Below, piece after piece: positions 1 through 11,738 of a stretch of DNA of 64,000 bases. The notes beneath the pieces were generated by a model, which made no database searches, was not told the DNA's origin, and saw only the letters and a program-made list of their open reading frames with translations. The position numbers and the translations under genes were made by a program. The stretch's first letter is position 1, and each line of letters begins with the position of its first letter. The stretch is taken from assembly GCA_029781045.1 (NCBI GenBank), contig JAKOXL010000029.1:86627-150626 (forward strand), in the 5' to 3' direction. The DNA is from Bacillota bacterium (GTDB lineage Bacteria > Bacillota > UBA994 > UBA5500).

Positions 1-1178
1 GTGCGGAGGTGGTGGCTGAGGTGGTTCAAAGCCGAACCCACCCAGATCCCGCCACCTATTTTGGCAAAGGGAAGGTAGATGAGATAGCTGCGTTGGTGGC
101 GGCGAACGAAGCCACTTTGCTGGTGGTAGACAGTGAACTAACACCGTCCCAGATCCGCAACCTAGAAGACCAGATAGAAGTTCAAGTCTTGGATCGTACG
201 CAACTTATTATTGATATTTTTTCCCAGCGGGCACGTACTTACGAGGGACGGTTGCAGGTGGAAATCGCCCAATTGTCCTATGCTTTGCCACGTCTAACCG
301 GACGAGGTGTGGAGATGTCGCGCCTTGGGGGCGGTATTGGTACGCGGGGCCCAGGTGAGAGCAAGTTGGAGTATGACCGTCGAAGGATCCGCGAGCGCAT
401 CAGCGAGTTACGGAAAGAGGTGGCTAAAGTCCGTCGGCACCGGGCCCTTCTGCGGGCGGGGCGGGTTCGTAGAGGTTATCCACTAGTCTCCTTGGTGGGA
501 TACACCAATGCAGGCAAGTCAACCCTGCTCAACGCTTTAACAAAAGCTGATATTTTTGCGGCCGATATGCTTTTTGCCACCTTAGACCCAACTACGCGAG
601 TATTGGTATTGCCCAACGGCCAAGAGGTGGCTATTACCGATACGGTAGGCTTCATTTCGCGCTTACCCCATATGCTAGTCGATGCCTTCCGTGCTACCCT
701 GGAAGAAGTACAAGAATCGGACTTGCTGGTTCATGTGGTGGATGCGGCGAGCCCAGATCTGCAAGACCAGATGGATGCGGTACAGAAAGTTCTGGCGGAG
801 CTGAAGGCGGACGATAAGCCGCAGATTCTTGTCTACAATAAAGCCGACTTACTGCCTAACAAATGGCACTTTCTTCCGCCCGTTAGTGAATACCCTTGGG
901 TTTTGGTATCAGCTTTGTCGGGAGAAGGATTGGTCGAATTGTGTCAGTTGATTGCAGAGAATCTGCCTGATGCACCGCAGACGGTGGCCTACTTCCTACC
1001 CCACAGCCGAGGAGAGGCAATAAGCTGGTTGTTTGACAACGGGGAAGTACTAGAGCAAGAGTATCAGGCCGACGGCGTGCGCTTGTCGGTGATCTTACGC
1101 CCCGCCCTAATCAGGCAGGCGGCAAAGCAATTCGCTATTGAACCAATTAAAGGAGATGCAGATGTAGATGCTGAGTGA
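1..1178 (+). CDS. hflX: GTPase HflX, 5' end probably cut by the window edge
   Basis: The ORF 9..1178 translation has an HflX-type N-domain and G-domain (GYTNAGKSTLLNAL, DTVGF, NKAD). The frame is open to base 3. Confidence 0.9.
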   Translation, partial: AEVVAEVVQSRTHPDPATYFGKGKVDEIAALVAANEATLLVVDSELTPSQIRNLEDQIEVQVLDRTQLIIDIFSQRARTYEGRLQVEIAQLSYALPRLTGRGVEMSRLGGGIGTRGPGESKLEYDRRRIRERISELRKEVAKVRRHRALLRAGRVRRGYPLVSLVGYTNAGKSTLLNALTKADIFAADMLFATLDPTTRVLVLPNGQEVAITDTVGFISRLPHMLVDAFRATLEEVQESDLLVHVVDAASPDLQDQMDAVQKVLAELKADDKPQILVYNKADLLPNKWHFLPPVSEYPWVLVSALSGEGLVELCQLIAENLPDAPQTVAYFLPHSRGEAISWLFDNGEVLEQEYQADGVRLSVILRPALIRQAAKQFAIEPIKGDADVDAE

Positions 1179-2439
1179 TCTATGGGACCGATTTGGCATT
1201 TCGCCGGAGATGGTTGCTCTGGCGGAGAGAATTGAAGAACGCATACAATTACAGCTGAAAAAGATCGATGCTCTGGTAGTCTATAACCAGATGAGAGTGA
1301 TTGCCGCCTTGCAGAACCAGCATCTTTCCGATTGGCACCTAAACGGATCGACCGGGTATGGCTACGGCGACATGGGGCGAGATGCCTTGGACGCAGCTTT
1401 TGCCGAGTTGATGCAAACCGAGGCCGCTCTTGTGCGCCCTCATTTCGTTTCTGGAACCCATGCTATAGCATGTGCCATGTCTGCGAATTTGCGACCAGGA
1501 CAAGAACTGATTTTAGCCTCTGGCTTACCCTACGACACCTTAGAAGGCGTCATTGGGCTGCGGCCTGCACCTTTAGGAAACTCCTTGCTAGATCAGGGTA
1601 TTAGCCATCGAGTGATTCCATTGCAAGAAGACGGAAGGATCGACCTGGCAGCCGTTGAGGCCGCCATAACACCGCGCACTGCTATGATCCATCTGCAAAG
1701 GAGCAGAGGATACTCTAGCCGACCGCCACTTACTCTTGACCAGATGAAAGTAGTAGCCGATTTGGCTCACAGCAAGAATCCCGACATTATTGTTTTTGTG
1801 GACAATTGTTATGGTGAGTTCGTGGAAACGGAAGAACCAGGAGCAGTTGGTGTCGATCTGCTGGCCGGGTCACTCATTAAGAACCCCGGCGGAGGACTGG
1901 CAATTAGCGGAGGCTATGTGGCCGGTCGCCAACTTTATGTGGCTAGAGCTGCTGAGCGTCTTACAGCTCCAGGGCTCGGTAGTAAGATGGGTGCTACTTA
2001 CGGTCACCTGCGCCCAATGCTGCAGGGTCTGTTCTTGGCACCCAATGCCGTGGGTGAGGCGCTCAAAGGTGCCGTTTTCGCGGCGGCTCTTTTTCAAGAA
2101 CTGGGTTTTAGTGTATCTCCTTTACCTGAGGACAATCGGCAAGATATCATCCAGTCGGTGCGGTTTACAGGTCCAGAGCAAGTTATTGCCTTCTGCCAGG
2201 GGATTCAAGCAGCCGCACCTGTCGACGCCCATGTGACACCGGAGCCTAGTGCCTTGCCTGGCTATAGCGATCCGGTAATTATGGCCGCAGGTACCTTTGT
2301 TTTGGGAGGCTCCCTCGAGCTTTCGGCTGATGCCCCCCTCAGGCCACCATATAATACATATTATCAAGGCGGTCTAACCTACGCCCATGCTCGCTTGGGG
2401 CTACTGATAGCCGCAAGCCGCATACGGAACTTAGAATAA
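1168..2439 (+). CDS. YnbB-like PLP enzyme (aluminium-resistance / Met gamma-lyase family)
   Basis: 423 aa overlapping the hflX stop. The family-typical N-terminus (NGSTGYGYGDMGRD) and hflX-ynbB synteny match Bacillus. Confidence 0.8.
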   Translation: MLSDLWDRFGISPEMVALAERIEERIQLQLKKIDALVVYNQMRVIAALQNQHLSDWHLNGSTGYGYGDMGRDALDAAFAELMQTEAALVRPHFVSGTHAIACAMSANLRPGQELILASGLPYDTLEGVIGLRPAPLGNSLLDQGISHRVIPLQEDGRIDLAAVEAAITPRTAMIHLQRSRGYSSRPPLTLDQMKVVADLAHSKNPDIIVFVDNCYGEFVETEEPGAVGVDLLAGSLIKNPGGGLAISGGYVAGRQLYVARAAERLTAPGLGSKMGATYGHLRPMLQGLFLAPNAVGEALKGAVFAAALFQELGFSVSPLPEDNRQDIIQSVRFTGPEQVIAFCQGIQAAAPVDAHVTPEPSALPGYSDPVIMAAGTFVLGGSLELSADAPLRPPYNTYYQGGLTYAHARLGLLIAASRIRNLE

Positions 2440-2440
2440 A

Positions 2441-2462
2441 AAGAGCCCACAGGGGCTCTTTT
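2441..2462. terminator. Hairpin terminator between convergent ynbB-like gene and lexA
   Basis: aagagccc-acag-gggctctt with an A-run on one side and a T-run on the other. Confidence 0.6.
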
Positions 2463-2495
2463 GCATTTCTGTTCTCTCTTGAGCATATGCTTGTC

Positions 2496-3104
2496 CTAGA
2501 AGAGACGGAAGACTCCTATCACTTTTCCTAGTACGGTAACGTTCTGCGTGAGAATCGGGGAGAGGGCACTGTTTTCCGGTTGCAGACGAACGTGGGTCTT
2601 CTCCTTGTAAAAGGTCTTTACAGTTGCTTCATCACCCAATAGAGCCACTACGATATCTCCGTTGTCAGCAAAACTCTGCCGCCGTACCAACACGTAATCG
2701 CCATCCAAGATACCGGCTTCAATCATAGAGTCGCCTCTAACCTGTAAAATAAAGACTTCTTGATCACGAACCACATGACGGGGGAGAGGGAAGTACTCTT
2801 CAATGTTTTCCACTGCCAAAATCGGAGCACCCGCCGTTACTCGACCAACAACCGGTACAGGAACGGCTTCCACGACCGACTGGAAACCATCGTCCAAAAT
2901 CTCAATGGCCCTTGGTTTAGTGGGATCTCGCCGTATCAAGCCCTTGCTTTCCAAAGAATTCAAATGGCTATGAACCGTAGCACTGGAGTTTAAACCAACC
3001 GCCGCACCAATTTCCCGAACGGAAGGCGGATAGCCTTTCTCTAATACGGTTTTCTTTATGAAGTTAAGGATCTCCTCTTGCCGCTTAGTTAGGTTGGGTT
3101 TCAT
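2496..3104 (-). CDS. lexA: LexA repressor
   Basis: 202 aa with an N-terminal wHTH ([19 protein letters not shown]) and a C-terminal S24 peptidase domain (VRGDSM ... GDIVVA). Confidence 0.95.
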   Translation of the reverse strand: MKPNLTKRQEEILNFIKKTVLEKGYPPSVREIGAAVGLNSSATVHSHLNSLESKGLIRRDPTKPRAIEILDDGFQSVVEAVPVPVVGRVTAGAPILAVENIEEYFPLPRHVVRDQEVFILQVRGDSMIEAGILDGDYVLVRRQSFADNGDIVVALLGDEATVKTFYKEKTHVRLQPENSALSPILTQNVTVLGKVIGVFRLF

Positions 3105-3135
3105 AGCCTACACCTCACCCAGTTTATTCGTTTCC

Positions 3136-3165
3136 AGTATAGCAAAAGCTGCCGATTAGTGTCAA
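3136..3165 (-). promoter_or_regulatory. Candidate sigma-A promoter of lexA (TTGACA-N18-TATACT)
   Basis: Read on the minus strand. The -35 element overlaps the palindrome CAAACATTAGTTTG at 3163-3176. Confidence 0.5.
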
Positions 3166-3176
3166 ACATTAGTTTG
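3163..3176. promoter_or_regulatory. Degenerate LexA-box-like palindrome (AAAC-N4-GTTT)
   Basis: CAAAC-ATTA-GTTTG differs from GAAC-N4-GTTC at one symmetric position and overlaps the lexA -35 element. Confidence 0.35.
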
Positions 3177-3185
3177 CTCTTGCTC

Positions 3186-3213
3186 TTGACTTCTGCGGAG
3201 CCTAATTTATAAT
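3186..3213 (+). promoter_or_regulatory. Sigma-A promoter of the yneA-like gene (TTGACT-N16-TATAAT)
   Basis: Hexamers at 3186-3191 and 3208-3213. Confidence 0.6.
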
Positions 3214-3219
3214 GGTTAT

Positions 3220-3233
3220 AGAACAGATGTTCG
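3220..3233. promoter_or_regulatory. LexA (Cheo/SOS) box
   Basis: AGAACAGATGTTCG matches the Gram-positive consensus CGAAC-N4-GTTCG and lies just downstream of the -10 element. Confidence 0.75.
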
Positions 3234-3244
3234 GGGGTGCAGTT

Positions 3245-3550
3245 ATGAGGTATCGGAGACAAGGTGGCAAACGTAGACCACAATCTAGATTGGTGTTGCT
3301 CGTGGGAGCATTTTGCCTGGCCCTGTTCGTTGTGGGCTTCGCCTTTGCCCTACACAGTTCAGCAGCCGGTGATCAGCCCGCTCCTACCTATGTAGTGCAA
3401 CCGGGAGATACCCTCTGGAGTATCGCTAAAGCCCATAGCTCCTTGCAAGATGATATACGGTTAATCGTGTACCGGATTCAGAAGCTGAATGGATTGGCCA
3501 GCCCTATTATCCAACCGGGGCAGTGCCTCTTGCTTCCTTCTGCACCTTAA
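3245..3550 (+). CDS. LysM-domain membrane protein, YneA-like SOS cell-division inhibitor candidate
   Basis: Basic N-terminus, a TM helix and a LysM domain (YVVQPGDTLWSIA...). It is divergent from lexA as in B. subtilis. The ATG at 3245 is preferred because the listed 3212 start overlaps the promoter and LexA box. Confidence 0.7.
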   Translation: MRYRRQGGKRRPQSRLVLLVGAFCLALFVVGFAFALHSSAAGDQPAPTYVVQPGDTLWSIAKAHSSLQDDIRLIVYRIQKLNGLASPIIQPGQCLLLPSAP

Positions 3551-3621
3551 TATTCCGCTGCGCATAATAGCCTCCAAATGGGCTAAGCTAAGCTTAGCTC
3601 GAGCAGAAGGAGGTGAGGGTA

Positions 3622-3881
3622 TGGCAGAGAAACGGATTCCGTGGCGCTCACAAGAGTTCGTTCCTGAAATGGTTTCTGGATTGATTCCAGATGGCATGAA
3701 CGAGTTCTTGCATCCTGATTACCCCGATCTCCCATACCCGGATGGGATTCATGATGTCACCTGGTATCGAGATCCCTTGGTCAACAATGACGAACCTAGC
3801 CCCCATCCGGACGACAGGCCGGCAAGAGAGGTTGATGCTTGGCTGTTTCCATACGATCCCTACTATCCCCCCACTGCCTAG
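3622..3881 (+). CDS. Hypothetical 86-aa Pro/Asp/Tyr-rich protein
   Basis: RBS GGAGGTGAGGG precedes the ATG at 3622. It sits downstream of the yneA-like gene and is followed by a terminator. Confidence 0.45.
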
Positions 3882-3891
3882 TGCGTATTTG

Positions 3892-3917
3892 ACCCCTGCC
3901 CATGAGGCAGGGGTTTT

Positions 3918-3920
<3 letters not shown>
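3892..3920 (+). terminator. Rho-independent terminator
   Basis: acccctgcc-catga-ggcaggggt followed by TTTTTT. The T-tract overlaps the stop of the convergent M28 gene. Confidence 0.7.
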
Positions 3921-5678
<1,758 letters not shown>

Positions 5679-5705
5679 ACAGGTAATCAACTCTTTCGCC
5701 AAGAA

Positions 5706-6416
5706 ATGACACAGGATAATATGAAGGGAGACACATTTTGCCTTAAGCAAACTGGAGGGGGCGTTGAGGTGGACAAGGCGGCAATTATTGCCTGGGCTAA
5801 GAACAAGATGTCAGCAGCCGATGAAAGCCCGTTAGAGCCAGGCTATCGCTGGTACCATGGGGTGCGTACAGCCAAGCTGGCCTGCCATTTGGCAACTCAT
5901 ATGCGATTGAACATAGACATTGATGCGCTAGAGCTAGGGGGACTCTTACACGATATAGGTAAGGCAGGCTATCGTGGCCCCGAACCCCATGGGCCCAGGG
6001 GAGCGGAGATCATCCGTCAGGAAACCGCTCATTTATTCTCTCCGGCTGAGCTGGAACTAGTCGCAACCATTGTAGCCAATCACTATGAGCGGCCTAAGAG
6101 CAAGTATTGGCGCCATAAAGAACCTCCCAGTTTCCCAGCAGAAGTGCTACTTGTACAGGATGCGGACATTCTCGATCACATGGGAGCCAATGCTATTTGG
6201 TTAGCCTTTCACTATGGAGCAGGTGAAGGGTTTAGTCAGGCGGCAGCTATCCAGCGCTTCTTTGCGTTCGATCCGCCCTGGTACGAGGAGTCTCTGGCGT
6301 CCTTGAACTTCGACATCAGCCGTCGCGAACTAGAGCATCGGCTCAGTTTCGTGCGTAGTTTCTATCGACAGTGGGAGAAGGAAACTGACGGTGAGTTGAC
6401 CATTCTATCCCGCTGA
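5706..6416 (+). CDS. HD-domain phosphohydrolase
   Basis: H...HD motif (GGLLHDIGK, DADILDHMG). The exact start is uncertain. Confidence 0.7.
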   Translation: MTQDNMKGDTFCLKQTGGGVEVDKAAIIAWAKNKMSAADESPLEPGYRWYHGVRTAKLACHLATHMRLNIDIDALELGGLLHDIGKAGYRGPEPHGPRGAEIIRQETAHLFSPAELELVATIVANHYERPKSKYWRHKEPPSFPAEVLLVQDADILDHMGANAIWLAFHYGAGEGFSQAAAIQRFFAFDPPWYEESLASLNFDISRRELEHRLSFVRSFYRQWEKETDGELTILSR

Positions 6417-6436
6417 AACAGAGGGCGCTCCGCATT

Positions 6437-6473
<37 letters not shown>

Positions 6474-6496
6474 CTAGTCAGAAGGGGGTAGGGAGA

Positions 6497-7198
6497 GTGT
6501 CCAAGATATTGGTGCTGGAAGACGAAGCTTCTATTCGTGGTTTTATAGCCGTAAACCTACGTCGGCATAATTTTACAGTGATTGAGGCTGCCACAGGAGA
6601 GGAAGCCATCGAAATCATACGCGAACAGCCTGACATTCAACTGGCCTTGCTTGATATCATGCTGCCGGGGATCGACGGTTTTGAGGTTTGTAAAGAACTA
6701 CGGCAGCTACGGCCACAGATGGGGATTATTATGTTAACCGCGAAGGGACAGGAACAGGATAAGGTCACGGGTCTAGAGATCGGTGCCGATGATTACGTGG
6801 TAAAGCCCTTCAGTCCCGCAGAGCTGGTGGCGCGGGTTAATGCTCTACGTAGAAGACTGCCAGAACAATCAACAGCGACACTGCCTGAAATCAACAGCGG
6901 ACCATTCGTGTTGCGCATGGGGGAAATGCGCCTTTACAAGCATGACGAGCCGATTCTTATGACCCCTACTGAGCTGGCGATTTTGCAGCTCCTAATGTCC
7001 CACGAGGGACAGGCGGTGAGCCGTGCTAAGATTCTCGATACGATTTGGGGACCCAACTATATCGGCGACCCGAAGGTGGTGGATGTGAACATAAGACGCA
7101 TCCGTCTGAAGATAGAAGATGACCCCAGTTCACCACGCTACATCGAGACGGTATGGGGGCACGGTTATCGCTGGGATGGGATGCAGGTTGGCCAGTAG
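6497..7198 (+). CDS. OmpR-family response regulator
   Basis: Receiver domain (ILVLEDE, LLDIMLPGIDG, TAK) and a winged-helix output domain (VWGHGYRW). A GTG start at 6497 follows GGGGGTAGGGAG. Confidence 0.9.
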   Translation: MSKILVLEDEASIRGFIAVNLRRHNFTVIEAATGEEAIEIIREQPDIQLALLDIMLPGIDGFEVCKELRQLRPQMGIIMLTAKGQEQDKVTGLEIGADDYVVKPFSPAELVARVNALRRRLPEQSTATLPEINSGPFVLRMGEMRLYKHDEPILMTPTELAILQLLMSHEGQAVSRAKILDTIWGPNYIGDPKVVDVNIRRIRLKIEDDPSSPRYIETVWGHGYRWDGMQVGQ

Positions 7199-8591
7199 CC
7201 TCCAGCGTCGCTTATTGCTCCACTACTTCTTAATCATTGTTGCTGCGGTAGTCGTGCTGGTAATTCTCTATTCCTATGGCATTAGGGCCTATTATCATAC
7301 CTCAGCCGAGGAAGCACTCAGGCAGAGGGCTCTCCTAGCTGCTTATACATATAATGCCAGCTGGCGACCCGAAAACCCCCGACTGTTTCTGCAGCAGATA
7401 GACGCCAGCAATACTTTGCAGGTGGAAGTACTTGCCCCTAATGGGCAAGTTCTGGCGCAAACTAGTGATCCCCTGCCGCGACGAGTGGAGGGAGAACCAG
7501 ACCTTGATGCGGCTTTGCTAGGTATGATCGGTGTGTGGCGGGGGCACAACTATGTGACGAGCGAGCGGATCATGGCAGTTTGTGTACCCTTGTATACAGG
7601 AGATCGGGTAACCGGAGTATTGCGGTACACCATATCTTTGGAGAAAACCCATCACATAATCAATACCTTGACCTTTTATGGCCTGATTGTTGGGTGTGTT
7701 ATCATCGCTGTTACGCCTGGGCTTTTTGTACCTCTGGTGAGACGGGCTATTGCTCCTCTGGAAGCCCTAAACAACACGGCAGAGCAAATCATAAATTCCG
7801 AATATCCTTCCCGCCTTGTGAAGCCTGCGGAGGTAGAGTTTAGCCGAGTTGCGACCATTTATAACAAGATGTTTGACCAGATTGAACGCAATGAGCAGAT
7901 GCAAAATGAGTTTATTTCATCAATTTCCCATGAGCTGCGTACCCCCTTGACTGCCATTAAAGGTTGGGAAGAGACTTTGAGTTCCGGTGGATTGGAGGAC
8001 AAGGAGGAAATAGCTTTAGGGCTAGAGATCATAGGAAAAGAGGCCGAACGTATGATTGGCCTGGTAGAGGACCTTCTGGATTTTTCCCATCTACAGGCTG
8101 GTCGTATCAGTCTTAACATAGAGAAGGTCAGCATTAATGAACTGGTGGGAGAGATCCATGACCTCCTGTCGGTCAAGGCAGCAAAGAAGTCGGTGGCTCT
8201 GGCGATGGAGTTAGGAGGGGGAATACCCGAAATGGATGGTGATGGTAATCGCCTCAAACAGGTTTTGCTCAATCTCTTGGATAATGCCCTCAAGTTTACC
8301 CCTATGGGCGGGTCCATTACAATTCGCACCCATCGCTATGGAGAAGTTGTCGAGATTGATGTGATTGATACTGGCCCAGGTATACCAGCAAAGGAATTGC
8401 CCTATGTACTAAGTAAGTTTGTCAAAGTTGACAAGCGTTCGCCGGGAAGCGGTATTGGGCTTTCTATAGCCAATGAAATTGTGTCTCTTCATGGTGGTCA
8501 ACTGCTGTTGAGCAGTGAGGAGGGCAAGGGTACAAAGGCGACGGTCCGATTACCTATTGGTGGAGTGCATCAAGTAAGCCATCGCAAGTAA
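7176..8591 (+). CDS. Sensor histidine kinase (HisKA/HATPase_c)
   Basis: Two TM segments, H-box SHELRTPLTAI, N-box LLNLLDNALKF, and G-boxes DTGPGI and GSGIGL. It overlaps the response-regulator stop. Confidence 0.9.
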   Translation: MGCRLASSLQRRLLLHYFLIIVAAVVVLVILYSYGIRAYYHTSAEEALRQRALLAAYTYNASWRPENPRLFLQQIDASNTLQVEVLAPNGQVLAQTSDPLPRRVEGEPDLDAALLGMIGVWRGHNYVTSERIMAVCVPLYTGDRVTGVLRYTISLEKTHHIINTLTFYGLIVGCVIIAVTPGLFVPLVRRAIAPLEALNNTAEQIINSEYPSRLVKPAEVEFSRVATIYNKMFDQIERNEQMQNEFISSISHELRTPLTAIKGWEETLSSGGLEDKEEIALGLEIIGKEAERMIGLVEDLLDFSHLQAGRISLNIEKVSINELVGEIHDLLSVKAAKKSVALAMELGGGIPEMDGDGNRLKQVLLNLLDNALKFTPMGGSITIRTHRYGEVVEIDVIDTGPGIPAKELPYVLSKFVKVDKRSPGSGIGLSIANEIVSLHGGQLLLSSEEGKGTKATVRLPIGGVHQVSHRK

Positions 8592-8712
8592 ATCTATGAA
8601 CAAGTATAGCATCGGCGGTCGCATCGAAGGGCGAGGGAGCCAAGGAGAGGCACCTGCGACAGGTCTCTTGGGCAAGTAGCCTAGAGTCGGACCACAACTC
8701 TCCGAAAGATAA

Positions 8713-8748
8713 GGAAAAGGAGGCTGTCTTGTGACAGCCTCCTTTTCC
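8713..8748. terminator. 16-bp perfect hairpin between the convergent kinase and M20 genes
   Basis: ggaaaaggaggctgtc-ttgt-gacagcctccttttcc. Confidence 0.7.
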
Positions 8749-8762
8749 TATTTGGCAACATC

Positions 8763-9881
8763 TTACTTGGCAGCCTGTTGCACAATTGCCACCACCAGCT
8801 GTGCTCCGGCCACCAGCTGTTGGATAGGAATGAACTCTTCCGTGGAGTGGACCTTCTCCATACCGATGCCCAGAATAACGGAGGGCAAGCCCTTGCCGAC
8901 TAGAATATTGGCGTCACTTCCACCACCTGTCGGCACAATGACGGGGGTTAATCCCAGAGACTTGGTGGCCTCTATCGCCATCTGGACTGCCAGGTCGTTC
9001 TCGCTTAAATTCATTGCGGGATAACTCTCCTCGACCTTAATGTCCACAGTTACGCCAAAGCGCTGGGCTGCAGCTTGAAACTCGCTCACCATATGATTGA
9101 CTTGTGCATCTAGCTTGGCTTCATTACGGCTGCGCACTTCACATTGGAGAGTAACCTGCGCAGGAACAATATTGGTAGCCTGGCCTCCCTTGATGGTGCC
9201 AATGTTGCAGGTGGTTTCTTCATCAATTCTCCCCAACTTCATGTGGGTGATGGCGTCAGCTGCAACCACAATGGCGCTGATACCCTTTTCAGGTTCGATG
9301 CCGGCATGGGCAGGCACACCATTCACGTTGACTGTAATCTTCTTCTGTGCGGGCGCTTGCGGGATAATCGTACCTACGTTGCCACCGCCGTCGAGGAAAT
9401 AGGCGGCGTCGGCCTTAAGTAGGCTGCGATCCAAATTCTTTGCTCCCTGTAGCCCTGCTTCTTCAGAGATGGTAAAGAGCAGTTCAATATCACCATGAGG
9501 GATGTGCTGCTCAGCTAAGATCCGTACCGCTTCTAGCATTTGCACTATGCCCGCCACATCATCGGCGGCTAAGATGGTGGTGCCATCACTATAAATAACG
9601 CCATCCTTAATGTGCGGTTTGATACCTAGTCCTGGAGTCACCCGGTCCATGTGGGCGGCAAAAGCCACCGTTGGTACGTGTTTTAGCTGACCCGGCAGAC
9701 GGGCGATAATGTTGCCCGTGTCGCCACCAATGGCCGCACCCGCATTATCCTCCAATACCTCTAGCCCCAGGGCTACCAGCTTCTGCTTCAAAGCATCGGC
9801 CAACTGGCGTTCGCGACCTGGTGCGCTGTCAATGTGCACGAGTTCAAGGAACTCTTGTACAATCCGCTCTTGATTAACCAT
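8763..9881 (-). CDS. M20/M25/M40 metallopeptidase (tripeptidase / PepT-like)
   Basis: AHMDRV, DDVAG and ISEE metal-ligand motifs. RBS GGAGGTG precedes the ATG at 9881. Confidence 0.85.
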   Translation of the reverse strand: MVNQERIVQEFLELVHIDSAPGRERQLADALKQKLVALGLEVLEDNAGAAIGGDTGNIIARLPGQLKHVPTVAFAAHMDRVTPGLGIKPHIKDGVIYSDGTTILAADDVAGIVQMLEAVRILAEQHIPHGDIELLFTISEEAGLQGAKNLDRSLLKADAAYFLDGGGNVGTIIPQAPAQKKITVNVNGVPAHAGIEPEKGISAIVVAADAITHMKLGRIDEETTCNIGTIKGGQATNIVPAQVTLQCEVRSRNEAKLDAQVNHMVSEFQAAAQRFGVTVDIKVEESYPAMNLSENDLAVQMAIEATKSLGLTPVIVPTGGGSDANILVGKGLPSVILGIGMEKVHSTEEFIPIQQLVAGAQLVVAIVQQAAK

Positions 9882-10024
9882 TAGTGCACCTCCATATGTA
9901 TCTTCCGTTTGCATTGTACCATTGATGAACTACCTATGCTAGGGCGCTGTTTTTCCCATCTTACTTGGAAGAGGTAGCGGAAGGTGCCAAGGACCGATCT
10001 GTGCTCCTTAGCACCTCGTAGGGG

Positions 10025-11632
10025 CTATCGGCGATGGCGAAGAACGCGGCCAGCAGCCACCCCTAGGTGCTCGCCTTCATAGACGGTTAGACGCCCATTG
10101 ACAAGGACAGCCTTAATGCCGGCAGCATAATGGGCTGGGTCAGTGTAGGTGCCACGATCTGCCACCTTCGCTGGATCGAAAACCACCACGTCGCCTTTGA
10201 AGCCCGGCAAGAGTAGGCCGCGATCTGCAAGACCGAGCCGTTTCGCCGGTGCAGAGGTCATCTTGCGGATGGCTTCCTCTAATGGCAATACCTGCTTCTC
10301 ACGCACATAGTGACCGAGTACACGAACAAAGGTGCCAAAGGTGCGGGGATGGGGTTTGCCGCGTTCTAAAGCGTCTTCAATGGATACGGCGCTAGAGTCG
10401 GAACCAACCATCATGTAAGGGCTCCGCATGATGCGTTCCAAATCTTCATCACCTATGGTGAAGTAGACTATGTCAATGCGGCGGTCTGCTGCCTCCAACA
10501 GCTTGAAACACGCTTCGAAACCATCCATATCCCAAAGTCGGGCAATCTCGGCAATGGATTTACCGTCTACACTATGGTCATAGTAACAACCGGTGACAAT
10601 GATCCGTTCCCAACCTACTCCTTTATGAATACTGACCCAGCCATCTACGCCGTTAAGGATATCCTGTTTAATCCGCTCTCGGGTTTCAGGATCACGTAAC
10701 CGTTCCCGAAGTGCCTCGTTGCCCCCTACATGGGCCCAGGGCGGCAAAACAGCACTCAATCCACAGGCGGAGGCGTTGAATGGATATTGATCAAAGGTCA
10801 CATCGATTCCTTCCTGCCGTGCCTGTTCGATCATTTGTAGCAACTGCACGGAAGTGCCCCACATATGTTCTCCCATGGCCTTCAAGTGGGCGATCTGCAC
10901 ATAAGTCTTAGCTTGGCGGCCAATTTTAATGGCCTCGGCCGCTGCTTCCAGCACACCATCATTCTCTCCACGAATATGAGAATAGTATCCGCCACCATAA
11001 GCTGCAGCCACTTTCGTCAGTTCCACGAGTTCAGGTGTATCTGCATAGACGCTAGGAGTATAAATCAGTCCCGTACTGATGCCAAAACACCCGGCCTCCA
11101 TAGCTTCGCGCACAAGGGCCTGCATAGCTGCCAGTTGCTCTGGATCCGCTGGACCCTCAGCGTAACCCATAACTGTTTCCCGCACGTTTCCCTGAGGCAC
11201 CAAAGCAGCCACGTTGACACTCAGCTCGCGTTGCTCTAATAGAGACAGGTATTCTCCCATGGTGCGCCACTCGGAGCCCAACTGCTTAAAGAGGCGAGCG
11301 TTAGTGACATTGGTAGCCATTTCGTTGCTGAGGGGTGCTGCTCCCACACCACAGTTGCCGATTACATTAGTAGTTACACCTTGCTGAATATGACTCTGGC
11401 CACTTCCGTTTATCATCAGAGGTATGTCCGAATGGGTATGTATGTCTATAAACCCCGGAGCTACTGCCAGGCCAGAGGCATCGATCTCCTTTTCAGCCTT
11501 GGCTCTACTTAAATCCCCGATATGGGTGATGGTATCACCTTGAATGCCGATGTCTGCCAGCTGCCATGGATTGCCGGCACCGTCATATACCCTACCGCCA
11601 CGAATTATCACTGAGTACAACACAAATAACAC
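10025..11632 (-). CDS. D-aminoacylase (N-acyl-D-amino-acid deacylase), amidohydrolase superfamily
   Basis: 535 aa with GFIDIHTHSD and the family-typical C-terminal beta domain. Confidence 0.85.
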   Translation of the reverse strand: MLFVLYSVIIRGGRVYDGAGNPWQLADIGIQGDTITHIGDLSRAKAEKEIDASGLAVAPGFIDIHTHSDIPLMINGSGQSHIQQGVTTNVIGNCGVGAAPLSNEMATNVTNARLFKQLGSEWRTMGEYLSLLEQRELSVNVAALVPQGNVRETVMGYAEGPADPEQLAAMQALVREAMEAGCFGISTGLIYTPSVYADTPELVELTKVAAAYGGGYYSHIRGENDGVLEAAAEAIKIGRQAKTYVQIAHLKAMGEHMWGTSVQLLQMIEQARQEGIDVTFDQYPFNASACGLSAVLPPWAHVGGNEALRERLRDPETRERIKQDILNGVDGWVSIHKGVGWERIIVTGCYYDHSVDGKSIAEIARLWDMDGFEACFKLLEAADRRIDIVYFTIGDEDLERIMRSPYMMVGSDSSAVSIEDALERGKPHPRTFGTFVRVLGHYVREKQVLPLEEAIRKMTSAPAKRLGLADRGLLLPGFKGDVVVFDPAKVADRGTYTDPAHYAAGIKAVLVNGRLTVYEGEHLGVAAGRVLRHRR

Positions 11633-11738
11633 CTCTTTTGATTCTTTATAGTCCTCTGTTCTAGACTACTTCGCCTCGCTCAAACGTTTTCCTTTTATCA
11701 TCTTTAATTGTATAATACTTCAGAAAGGGGGAGGTGCA

